Source: Candidatus Electrothrix laxa (lineage in GTDB: Bacteria > Desulfobacterota > Desulfobulbia > Desulfobulbales > Desulfobulbaceae). Taken from it: a stretch of 24,000 bases of DNA. Made by a program: the position numbers and the translations under genes. The stretch spans positions 1,510,637-1,534,636 of the forward strand of contig OW818652.1 of the NCBI GenBank assembly GCA_942492895.1. The letters run 5' to 3'. Position 1 is the first letter of the stretch; the number at the start of each line of letters is the position of its first letter. The notes beneath the pieces were generated by a model, which saw only the letters and a list, made by a program, of their open reading frames with translations, was not told where the DNA came from and ran no database searches. Below are positions 8,339-15,430 of the stretch, piece by piece.

Positions 8339-8821
8339 ATGAATAAAGAATTTGTCTACTTGGAAACAAGTTTCATCAGTTATCTCACTGCCCGGCCAAG
8401 CAGAGACCTTATCGTCTCCGCCCATCAGGCTATAAGCCAAGAATGGTGGGATCAAAGGAGAAGCTGTTTTGAAGTCGTTATATCCGAGATCGTTGCGGTG
8501 GAAGCGGGAAAGGGGCACCCCGAAGCGGCACAGAGACGGCTGGACCTTCTCAGGGACATTCCTTTTATACCGGTGCAAGAGGATGCTCTTGAATTTGCGG
8601 ATAAGCTGGTTCAAACCGGTGCTGTTCCCCAAAAGGCGGCACAGGATGCTCTGCACATCGCTGTCTGCTGTGTGAATAACGTTGATTTCCTGCTGACCTG
8701 GAATTGTAAGCATATTGCTAATGCAGAAAAAAGAGAAAGTATTCGGACTGCCGCTGTTGAACACGGCCTTGTTGCACCGGTTATCTGTACGCCTGAAGAA
8801 CTCTTTGGAGATGAGCTATGA
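8339..8821 (+). CDS. PIN-like domain protein, putative VapC-type toxin (160 aa)
   Basis: VYLETSFISYLTARPSRDLI ... AQDALHIAVCCVNNVDFLLTWNCKHIAN follows the PIN layout: N-terminal acidic residue on strand 1 and a C-terminal D-x-x-H-x-A ... L-x-T-x-(D/N) block. It has a 4-nt overlap with a small downstream ORF. Confidence 0.7.
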   Translation: MNKEFVYLETSFISYLTARPSRDLIVSAHQAISQEWWDQRRSCFEVVISEIVAVEAGKGHPEAAQRRLDLLRDIPFIPVQEDALEFADKLVQTGAVPQKAAQDALHIAVCCVNNVDFLLTWNCKHIANAEKRESIRTAAVEHGLVAPVICTPEELFGDEL

Positions 8822-9024
8822 TAGAAGATCCTATTGTGAAAGAAACACGAAAGATACGAGAGCAGATAGCCTCGGAACACAAGTATGATGTGTATAAACT
8901 GGGCAGGTATTTCATGCGAAAGCAGCAAGCCGGACAGCGGGTCTTTGTTACAATTCCTTCGAAAAAATCGGAATTAAATCCAGCTAGTTGTAAACGAGCA
9001 AGCACCGACAGCAGCATTATTTAA
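8818..9024 (+). CDS. Small partner protein (68 aa), putative antitoxin of the PIN-like protein
   Basis: ATGA overlap with the PIN gene stop. The sequence is small and charged (MIEDPIVKETRKIREQIASEHKYDVYKLGRYFMRKQQ...). I recall small proteins of this type encoded directly downstream of this PIN subfamily. Confidence 0.55.
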   Translation: MIEDPIVKETRKIREQIASEHKYDVYKLGRYFMRKQQAGQRVFVTIPSKKSELNPASCKRASTDSSII

Positions 9025-9043
9025 AAAAGTAAGGCAAATTTCC

Positions 9044-9850
9044 ATGAAGCATGTGGCATCATTACGATACGGAGTGGTTTTTAAAAAAGCATTCTGCGAC
9101 CCAGAGATTTTTGCTGCATTTATTCAAGATATGCTGGGGCTGGATCTGGAGATCGAAAAGGTTGAAACTGAGAAAGAATTTAACCCTCCCATAGGTTATG
9201 TAACACCGCGTTTTGATCTGTTCGCGGAAGACAAGAAGCACCGCGTCATTGTTGATATTCAGCATGCACGCAGTATTGACCATTACGACAGGTTTCTCTA
9301 TTATCACTGTGCCGCCTTGTTGGAACAGATTGCAAATTCAAAAGACTATCATCCGGCATTAAAGGTTTTCACTCTTGTTGTCTTGACGTCCGGTGACCGT
9401 CATAAAACTGACATCGCAATGACAGATTTTGATCCTCACGATTTATCAGGACATCCTTTAAGGGAAATCCCTCATAAAATTATCTACCTGTGTCCTAAAT
9501 ATGTCAATGATGCCACTCCAGAACCTTATCGGGAATGGCTACAGGCAATTAATGACACGTTAGATGAAGAGGTTGATGAAAAACGCTATAGTCGGCCGGA
9601 GATTCATAAGCTTTTTGATCACATTCAGAAGGATCGGATTTCACCTGCTGAACGTGCAAATATGATTGAAGAGTATCATCAGGAGGAACTCCAGAGAGCA
9701 CAGTTTGACGAAGGCAAGCTGGCCGTTGCGAAAGCCTTGCTTAAAGAGGGTATCCCTCCTGATATTATCGCTAAAACTACAGGATTTTCTTTGGATGCCA
9801 TAAAAGGGATAAAAAACTGTGTCGTAATTTCAGACTCCAACATATCTTAA
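9044..9850 (+). CDS. Rpn-family PD-(D/E)XK nuclease / putative transposase (268 aa)
   Basis: The opening LRYGVVFKKAFCDPEIFAAFIQDMLG, then FDLFAEDKKHRVIVDIQHA (D ... D-x-Q core), and a C-terminal helical region ending KALLKEGIPPDIIAKTTGFSLDAIKGI are typical of PDDEXK_Tnp_1/Rpn proteins. Confidence 0.8.
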   Translation: MKHVASLRYGVVFKKAFCDPEIFAAFIQDMLGLDLEIEKVETEKEFNPPIGYVTPRFDLFAEDKKHRVIVDIQHARSIDHYDRFLYYHCAALLEQIANSKDYHPALKVFTLVVLTSGDRHKTDIAMTDFDPHDLSGHPLREIPHKIIYLCPKYVNDATPEPYREWLQAINDTLDEEVDEKRYSRPEIHKLFDHIQKDRISPAERANMIEEYHQEELQRAQFDEGKLAVAKALLKEGIPPDIIAKTTGFSLDAIKGIKNCVVISDSNIS

Positions 9851-9864
9851 TTTCGCAAGAGATT

Positions 9865-10692
9865 ATGACCGAACAGAGTAATCATACCATCCTTGAAGTC
9901 AGTGACCTGACCATGCAATTCGGGGGAATCAGGGCCTTGGACAAAATGAATATCCGGGTCCGCCAAGGGGAAATCGCGGCCCTGATCGGTCCTAACGGCG
10001 CAGGCAAAACCACCTTTTTTAACTGCCTGACCGGGATCTACAAACCGACCTCCGGCAACCTTTTACTGACACCGCCGGGGCAAGAGAGCAAACGACTCAA
10101 CGGCTTAAAACCCAATCAGGTGACTGAGCAAGGACTGGCACGGACCTTTCAGAATATCCGGCTCTTCCCTGACATGAGTGTCTTGGAAAACGTCATGATC
10201 GGTTGCCATTGCCGAACCAAAGCCAGGGTGCTCGGAGCAATCTTTCGCGATAAGCGGACGATTAAGGAAGAAAAAGAGGTCATTGCTCGCTCCTTTGCCC
10301 TCTTAGAAAAAGTCGGGCTTGCCGAGCTGGCCAATGAATTTGCGAAAAACTTACCCTATGGAGCGCAACGCAGGCTCGAAATAGCCAGGGCTCTTGCAAC
10401 TGAACCCGCCCTTCTGCTGCTTGATGAACCGGCAGCCGGAATGAATCCCCAGGAGACGGTGGAGCTGGATGCATTGATTACCGAGATCCGAGATGACGGC
10501 ATCTCGATCCTTCTGATTGAGCACGATATGAAATTGGTCATGAGTCTCTCCGACCACATCTTTGTGATGGATTACGGCAAAAAAATCGCTGAAGGTACCC
10601 CTAACGAGGTCCGGAATAATCCGGAGGTCATCAGGGCGTATCTCGGGGGAGATATAGAATCCGGCATTGATATCAATAATATAACAGCATGA
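9865..10692 (+). CDS. livG: Branched-chain amino acid ABC transporter ATP-binding protein LivG
   Basis: LEVSDLTMQFGGIRALDKMNIRVRQGEIAALIGPNGAGKTTFFNCLTGIYKPTSG (Walker A), the signature LPYGAQRRLEIARAL, Walker B LLLLDEPAAGMNP, and the H-loop LLIEHDM. Confidence 0.92.
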   Translation: MTEQSNHTILEVSDLTMQFGGIRALDKMNIRVRQGEIAALIGPNGAGKTTFFNCLTGIYKPTSGNLLLTPPGQESKRLNGLKPNQVTEQGLARTFQNIRLFPDMSVLENVMIGCHCRTKARVLGAIFRDKRTIKEEKEVIARSFALLEKVGLAELANEFAKNLPYGAQRRLEIARALATEPALLLLDEPAAGMNPQETVELDALITEIRDDGISILLIEHDMKLVMSLSDHIFVMDYGKKIAEGTPNEVRNNPEVIRAYLGGDIESGIDINNITA

Positions 10693-10703
10693 CAATCCCC
10701 ATT

Positions 10704-10721
10704 CCGCCCCTTTTGGGGCGG
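10704..10721 (+). terminator. Short GC hairpin after livG (CCGCCCC-TTTT-GGGGCGG)
   Basis: Perfect 7-bp stem with a 4-nt loop, 12 nt after the livG stop. It is followed by an A-rich rather than a U-rich tract, so intrinsic-terminator function is uncertain. Confidence 0.3.
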
Positions 10722-10739
10722 AAGAATAAAATACACACA

Positions 10740-12107
10740 ATGAGCAAACACGTTTATATAAAAACATTTGGCTGCCAGATGAACGAGCGAGACTCGGAGA
10801 TCATGGTCCAGCTTCTGTCCCAATCCGGCTATATCGCGGTGGGTGAGCAGACAGATGCCGATCTGGTCATTCTTAACACTTGCTCCATCCGTGCCAAAGC
10901 AGAACAAAAGGTTTTCAGCCTGCTTGGAATGCTCCGCAAGCAAAAGAAACAGCAGCCAGACCTGCGCATCGCCGTGGCCGGATGCGTGGCCCAACAGGAA
11001 GGCGAGCAGATCTTCCGCCGAATGCCCCATGTGGATATCGTGGTGGGAACCCAGCAACTTTATCAGCTACCTGAGATGCTCGGACGCCTTGAGCGGAAAG
11101 AAACAACCAGGGAAATATCCTGCGGCCTTGACAAGGAGTTCACTATTCCTCCTTTTCAAAAATTATTAAAGGAAACTTCTGCGCCGGTACAGAATCAACC
11201 AGCAGAATTTCGTAAATTCGTGACCATTATGCAGGGCTGTAATAATTATTGCAGCTATTGTGTGGTACCGACAACCCGAGGCCGCGAAATCAGCAGGCCA
11301 GTTGCAGATATCCTAGAAGAAGTCCAGCTCCTGATTGCACGGGGCATCAAAGAAATCACCCTGCTGGGCCAGAATGTCAATTCCTATGGCTGCACCAATG
11401 CGGTTGCCGAAAATCCGACAGGCTTTGCCGACCTGCTCAAAATGGTTGCCGAGATACCGGGAGTGCAACGATTGCGTTTCACCACCTCGAATCCGCAGGA
11501 TCTCTCCACGGAATTGATGCAATGCTTTCGTGAACTGCCCAACCTCTGCCCACAGTTCCATCTACCGGTGCAAGCTGGTTCTAATGCTGTTTTGAAAAAA
11601 ATGCAGAGAAAGTACACCCGAGAGACCTATCTAGAAAAAGTTGCTGAACTGCGCTCCTATCGCCCTGATATCGCCATCTGTACCGATGTCATTGTCGGCT
11701 TCCCCGGAGAAACAGAGGAAGATTTTGCTCAAACCATGGATCTGCTGGAAACTGTTCGATTCCACGGATCGTACTCTTTTAAATACTCTGATCGTCCCCA
11801 TACCCGCTCAGCTGATTTCAGCGACAAGGTAGACGAGGAGGTTAAAGGAGAACGGCTGCAACGTTTTCAAAGCCGTCAGGACATCATCAGCTTAGAACGC
11901 AACCAGGAATTCCTTGGCAAGACGGTTGAGGTCATGGTTGAATCCTGCTCCTCCTCCAAGGCACAGGGACGGACAAGAACAAACCATATTGTTCATTTCA
12001 CCTCTCCAACAGATCTGCTACCCGGTGACCTTGCTCTGGTTACGGTCACTCATGCAGGTCAGCATTCCCTGCAAGGGGAACCGGTTACAACGGAAAATTC
12101 GCTCTAA
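10740..12107 (+). CDS. miaB: tRNA-2-methylthio-N6-dimethylallyladenosine synthase MiaB (radical SAM methylthiotransferase)
   Basis: VYIKTFGCQMNERDSE (UPF0004 N-domain), the radical-SAM motif GCNNYCSYCVVPTTRGRE, and a TRAM-like C-terminus. The ATG at 10740 gives the canonical N-terminus; the 17-codon upstream extension of the ORF is probably not translated. Confidence 0.93.
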   Translation: MSKHVYIKTFGCQMNERDSEIMVQLLSQSGYIAVGEQTDADLVILNTCSIRAKAEQKVFSLLGMLRKQKKQQPDLRIAVAGCVAQQEGEQIFRRMPHVDIVVGTQQLYQLPEMLGRLERKETTREISCGLDKEFTIPPFQKLLKETSAPVQNQPAEFRKFVTIMQGCNNYCSYCVVPTTRGREISRPVADILEEVQLLIARGIKEITLLGQNVNSYGCTNAVAENPTGFADLLKMVAEIPGVQRLRFTTSNPQDLSTELMQCFRELPNLCPQFHLPVQAGSNAVLKKMQRKYTRETYLEKVAELRSYRPDIAICTDVIVGFPGETEEDFAQTMDLLETVRFHGSYSFKYSDRPHTRSADFSDKVDEEVKGERLQRFQSRQDIISLERNQEFLGKTVEVMVESCSSSKAQGRTRTNHIVHFTSPTDLLPGDLALVTVTHAGQHSLQGEPVTTENSL

Positions 12108-12128
12108 AAGGATATAAGGAATTTGCAT

Positions 12129-12788
12129 ATGGCACTGTCTCTTTTTGACCTTGATAATACCCTCTTAGCTGGCGACAGCGATTATGAATGGGGCCGCTTT
12201 CTCGTTAAAAAAGGCCTGGTTGACGAGGAGTATTATGAGGCGGAAAATAACCGCTTTTATGAGCAGTATAAGCAGGGCACCCTGGATATCTATGAATTTT
12301 GCGCATTCAGTTTTCAGCCTCTGGCAGCACGCAGCATGGAAGAACTTCAGCTGCTCCATGCAGAATTTATGCAGGACGTTATCCAGCCGATGATCGGGGG
12401 GCAGGCACTGGCCTTGGTGAATAAACATAAAGAGCAGGGGGACACGGTGATGGTTATCACGGCAACCAACAGCTTTATCACCGGGCCTATTGCCCACGCC
12501 TTCGGGATAGAGCATCTCCTGGCAACAGAGCCAAAGATCGTCAATAATCGCTACACCACAGAGATCGACGGTATTCCCTGTTTTCATGAGGGTAAGGTAC
12601 AACGCCTGGAGAACTGGCTGGCAAAAAATAAGATGTCGCTCCAAGGGAGTTGTTTTTACAGTGACTCAATCAACGACCTGCCCTTATTAGAAAAGGTGGA
12701 TACCCCTGTTGCTATTGATCCAGACAAAAAATTGGCTACGCTTGCCCGTCAAAGAGGATGGGACTGCATCTCGCTGCGCGATGAATGA
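12129..12788 (+). CDS. HAD-IB family hydrolase (SerB-like / TIGR01490-type)
   Basis: Motif I LFDLDNTLL, motif II VITATNSF, and motif III-IV with FHEGKV and FYSDSINDLPLL. AAGGAA lies 7 nt upstream of the ATG at 12129; the ORF track opens at TTG 12123. Confidence 0.85.
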   Translation: MALSLFDLDNTLLAGDSDYEWGRFLVKKGLVDEEYYEAENNRFYEQYKQGTLDIYEFCAFSFQPLAARSMEELQLLHAEFMQDVIQPMIGGQALALVNKHKEQGDTVMVITATNSFITGPIAHAFGIEHLLATEPKIVNNRYTTEIDGIPCFHEGKVQRLENWLAKNKMSLQGSCFYSDSINDLPLLEKVDTPVAIDPDKKLATLARQRGWDCISLRDE

Positions 12789-12981
12789 AAGACATGCCGT
12801 AATTGCGTAATCGCCCCTCCTCTAAAGGAGATTGTTTTTTCAAAAGTCTTTTTTTTATGGACAGAGACTTGTTTTCTACATAACTTATAAAGTGAACCCC
12901 AATGTTTTTATGATAATCTTACTGCATCACATTATTTCATATTTTTTCTCTTACTTGGACACACGAGTATTCCATCTTGAA

Positions 12982-13016
12982 TAATCGACTTGCAAATTAG
13001 GTTTGAGTGTCGATTA
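12982..13016. promoter_or_regulatory. 8-bp perfect inverted repeat TAATCGAC-N19-GTCGATTA upstream of the response-regulator gene
   Basis: Read directly: 12982..12989 and 13009..13016 are reverse complements, about 50 nt upstream of the ATG at 13066. This could be an operator or an RNA hairpin. Confidence 0.25.
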
Positions 13017-13065
13017 AATCTCTCCTCAACAGAAGTAATAAAACTTGCAACAGCTTGCTGAATCC

Positions 13066-14412
13066 ATGGAAAAAAAGAAGGTCAAAATTTTAATTGTAGA
13101 CGATGAGCAGGTCCATAGGTATATGCTCTATTCCATGCTGACTGAATGGGGCTGGCCCTGTCAGGAAGCGGATGACGGCAAAACAGCAGTTGAAGCGGTA
13201 CGACAAGGGCCCTTTGATGTTATCCTCCTGGATGTCTGTATGGAACCTATGGACGGTCTGGAGGCTCTGCGCAAGATACACTCCATTAATCCATCGATTC
13301 CGGTGGTTATGATGACTGCCTATTCTTCAATAGACTCGGCTGTTGAGGCAATTAAACTGGGTGCCCATGATTATCTTACAAAACCCATAGATTTTGAACG
13401 ACTTCGTCAAACCCTGGAAGTTGCTATGGGGCATCGGCAGCAACCGGACAAAGCTGAGCTCTCTGAAAAACCTTTTGGCGAGGACGGACGAATTATTGGT
13501 TCTTCAACTCCAATGCAAACCCTCTGGGAAATGGTCGTCCAAGTTGCTCCCACAGAGGCTACAGTCCTCGTCACCGGTGACTCAGGAACCGGCAAGGAGC
13601 TGGTCGCCTCAGCCTTGCATTATAAAAGCCACCGCAGAAAAGGCCCCTTTATCAAGGTGAACTGTGCAGCTCTTTCTGAAACCCTGCTGGAGTCAGAACT
13701 TTTCGGTCATGAAAAAGGAGCCTTCACAGGGGCAGACCGCCGCCGCGAGGGCTGTTTTGTCCAAGCCCAAGAGGGCACGCTCTTTCTTGACGAGATAGGC
13801 GAAACAACCCCGGCTATGCAGGCAAAGCTCTTACGAGTCCTTCAGGAGCACGAACTCCAGCGAGTCGGTGGTCAAGAGATCATTACTGTTGATGTGCGCA
13901 TTGTCACGGCAACCAACCGGGACCTAGAAGCAGAGGTGAAAGCAGGAAATTTCCGGGAAGATCTTTATTACCGACTCAATGTTGTGGCTCTGGACATGCC
14001 TTCTTTATGTGACCGTGACGGTGACATTCCCTTGCTCGCTGATTTTTTTGTGCGCAATTTTGCCAAAAGAAACAAACGAGAGGTACAAGGGATCACTCCT
14101 GAGTGCATGGATATCTTGAATCGCTACCCCTGGCCAGGCAATGTTCGGGAGCTGGAGAACGCCATAGAACGGGGCGTGATCCTGATGCGGGGAGATTACC
14201 TTGACCTTGACAGCCTGCCTATGGCTGTTCAGAATTGGGCCGGAATGAATCCGAAAAAAGAAGAAGAGCAACCGTCCACTCTGAGAGAAGCTGAGCGTGT
14301 TCTCATCCTGAAGACTCTTGAGGAAACCAACGGAAACCGCAGCGAGGCCGCCCGGCGCTTACAGATTACCCGGAAGACTCTGCTGAATAAACTGAAACGG
14401 TATGGTGTGTAA
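13066..14412 (+). CDS. Sigma-54-dependent response regulator (NtrC/AtoC family enhancer-binding protein)
   Basis: Receiver domain (KILIVDDE ... DVILLDVCMEPMDG ... MMTAY ... KP). AAA+ domain with Walker A GDSGTGKE, the sigma-54 contact loop GAFTGA, and Walker B LFLDEIG. C-terminal Fis-type HTH NGNRSEAARRLQITRKTLLNKLKRYG. Start taken at the first ATG; the ORF opens at TTG 13045. Confidence 0.92.
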   Translation: MEKKKVKILIVDDEQVHRYMLYSMLTEWGWPCQEADDGKTAVEAVRQGPFDVILLDVCMEPMDGLEALRKIHSINPSIPVVMMTAYSSIDSAVEAIKLGAHDYLTKPIDFERLRQTLEVAMGHRQQPDKAELSEKPFGEDGRIIGSSTPMQTLWEMVVQVAPTEATVLVTGDSGTGKELVASALHYKSHRRKGPFIKVNCAALSETLLESELFGHEKGAFTGADRRREGCFVQAQEGTLFLDEIGETTPAMQAKLLRVLQEHELQRVGGQEIITVDVRIVTATNRDLEAEVKAGNFREDLYYRLNVVALDMPSLCDRDGDIPLLADFFVRNFAKRNKREVQGITPECMDILNRYPWPGNVRELENAIERGVILMRGDYLDLDSLPMAVQNWAGMNPKKEEEQPSTLREAERVLILKTLEETNGNRSEAARRLQITRKTLLNKLKRYGV

Positions 14413-14440
14413 ACAGTACGCCACCCCCTTCAGGTTAACC

Positions 14441-14484
14441 AAGCACAAACCTTTCCTTTTTCTTACTGGAACAGGTTTGTGCTT
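14441..14484. terminator. Hairpin between convergent genes, a possible bidirectional terminator
   Basis: AAGCACAAACCT (14441..14452) pairs with AGGTTTGTGCTT (14473..14484), giving a 12-bp perfect stem. The loop is large (20 nt, T-rich). It lies between the stops at 14412 (+) and 14493 (-). Confidence 0.45.
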
Positions 14485-14492
14485 TCACGATT

Positions 14493-15110
14493 TCATTTAT
14501 TCTCTCCTTCCCCCTCTCGCTCATCATAGAGAATCAAAAAAACCAGCAACCCGATAAAAAGCCCCACATGAATAATAAGCAGTAGAAGTGCAGTGGAAAA
14601 AGAAGCTGCAAAGCCTTTGCTCTGGAGTTTGAGATCATTACGTGCGAAAAAGTTTTTCTGAAACGTTTTTTTATCAGCTTCGCTCGGCACGTATAAGGTG
14701 TAGGAGTCTGACTCGTTTTTAAACGGTAGGGCAACGCCATGCCGCTGATAAATAAGTCGGGCGGCGATCCTTCGTTTATTACCACTGACTGCTGTAACCA
14801 AATACTCCGCCAACTCCTGCTGTATGCCCCTGTTTACTCCTTCTTCGATCTGTTGTTGTACCGTGAAACTGCCGCGAATGACAACCAACAGGAAAGAAAT
14901 ATTGACAATAAATATCCCAATAAAAAGCAAGGCAAAATATTTTTTTTTCTCCTGATTCGCAACCTGCCAAAAACTGACCGGCAAAAAAACGGAAAGCAGT
15001 AATGCCAAAGGAAATTGGATCGCATCCTGTTTAACCAATTGAGGAAAGAAACAATAACCAAGCAAAATAATCATCCAGATGAAACCTGTTATTCCGGGTA
15101 TTTTTTTCAT
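14493..15110 (-). CDS. Hypothetical integral membrane protein (about 205 aa, about 4 TM segments)
   Basis: Hydrophobic segments: GITGFIWMIILLGYCFF, PLALLLSVFLPVSFW, YFALLFIGIFIVNISFLLVVI, STALLLLIIHVGLFIGLLVFLIL. The ATG at 15110 is preferred over TTG 15122. No family recognised. Confidence 0.7.
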   Translation of the reverse strand: MKKIPGITGFIWMIILLGYCFFPQLVKQDAIQFPLALLLSVFLPVSFWQVANQEKKKYFALLFIGIFIVNISFLLVVIRGSFTVQQQIEEGVNRGIQQELAEYLVTAVSGNKRRIAARLIYQRHGVALPFKNESDSYTLYVPSEADKKTFQKNFFARNDLKLQSKGFAASFSTALLLLIIHVGLFIGLLVFLILYDEREGEGENK

Positions 15111-15135
15111 ATTTTTAAACAATTTAAATGTAAGA

Positions 15136-15148
15136 GTAAAAATTTTAC
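15136..15148. promoter_or_regulatory. Palindrome GTAAAA-A-TTTTAC, copy 1
   Basis: Perfect half-sites GTAAAA/TTTTAC with a 1-nt centre, in the divergent intergenic region 26 nt upstream of the - strand gene start. The same half-sites recur at 15334..15349. Confidence 0.3.
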
Positions 15149-15266
15149 TGTTTACCTTCTCGGTGACAGCCTAGACGCATGAAGTTATAATGTAGCCTGT
15201 CGTAAACTGAATACAAGAGCTAATTCTATTTTCTTCTGCGACCATGCTCTCTCTTTTGCCAAAAAA

Positions 15267-15282
15267 TGGCGCTACAGTGGCT
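15267..15282 (+). promoter_or_regulatory. Candidate sigma-54 (-24/-12) promoter upstream of the Cys-rich repeat gene
   Basis: TGGCGCTACAGTGGCT compared with the consensus TGGCAC-N5-TTGCW: the GG and GC dinucleotides are at the correct spacing, with two mismatches in the flanking positions. It lies about 150 nt upstream of the ATG at 15431, and an NtrC-type activator gene is about 0.9 kb away. Confidence 0.4.
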
Positions 15283-15333
15283 CGTTGACTTTTTTATGTT
15301 GCCAGATAATCACTGAGCTTATATATATTAAAA

Positions 15334-15349
15334 GTAAAAAAAATTTTAC
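15334..15349. promoter_or_regulatory. Palindrome GTAAAA-AAAA-TTTTAC, copy 2
   Basis: Same half-sites as 15136..15148 but with a 4-nt spacer. Located between the candidate sigma-54 promoter and the Cys-rich gene start. Confidence 0.3.
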
Positions 15350-15430
15350 CGGCTTTATTCAGGTAGAATGCAGTTCGTCCGAAAATACGGGCAATGAGAT
15401 AAATTTCACAGAACAAGGAGAGTGAGAACC

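Larger units (their letters stand above)
6337..9864 (+). other. Accessory gene block (5 genes) occupying the livM-livG junction
   Basis: livM and livG are normally adjacent or coupled. Here about 3.5 kb of nuclease, toxin and protease-like genes lies between them, flush with both: an ATGA overlap at 6333..6336 and only 14 nt before livG. Composition is mosaic. Hand-counted 60-nt lines give about 33-40% G+C in the 6333, 7150 and 9044 genes, about 52% in the PIN gene and about 63% in a livM line. Confidence 0.5.

Noticed and set aside
8279-8928. - strand ORFs 8279..8764 and 8611..8928, and the + strand ORF 8469..8675
   Set aside because: These are antisense or out-of-frame overlaps of the PIN-like gene and its partner, which together form a coherent, translationally coupled pair.
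12809-12875. Weak hairpins with T-runs after the HAD gene (CTCC-TCTAAA-GGAG then T6; AAGTCT-N16-AGACTT)
   Set aside because: The stems are only 4-6 bp with large or A+T-rich loops. Termination here is plausible but not supported well enough to annotate.
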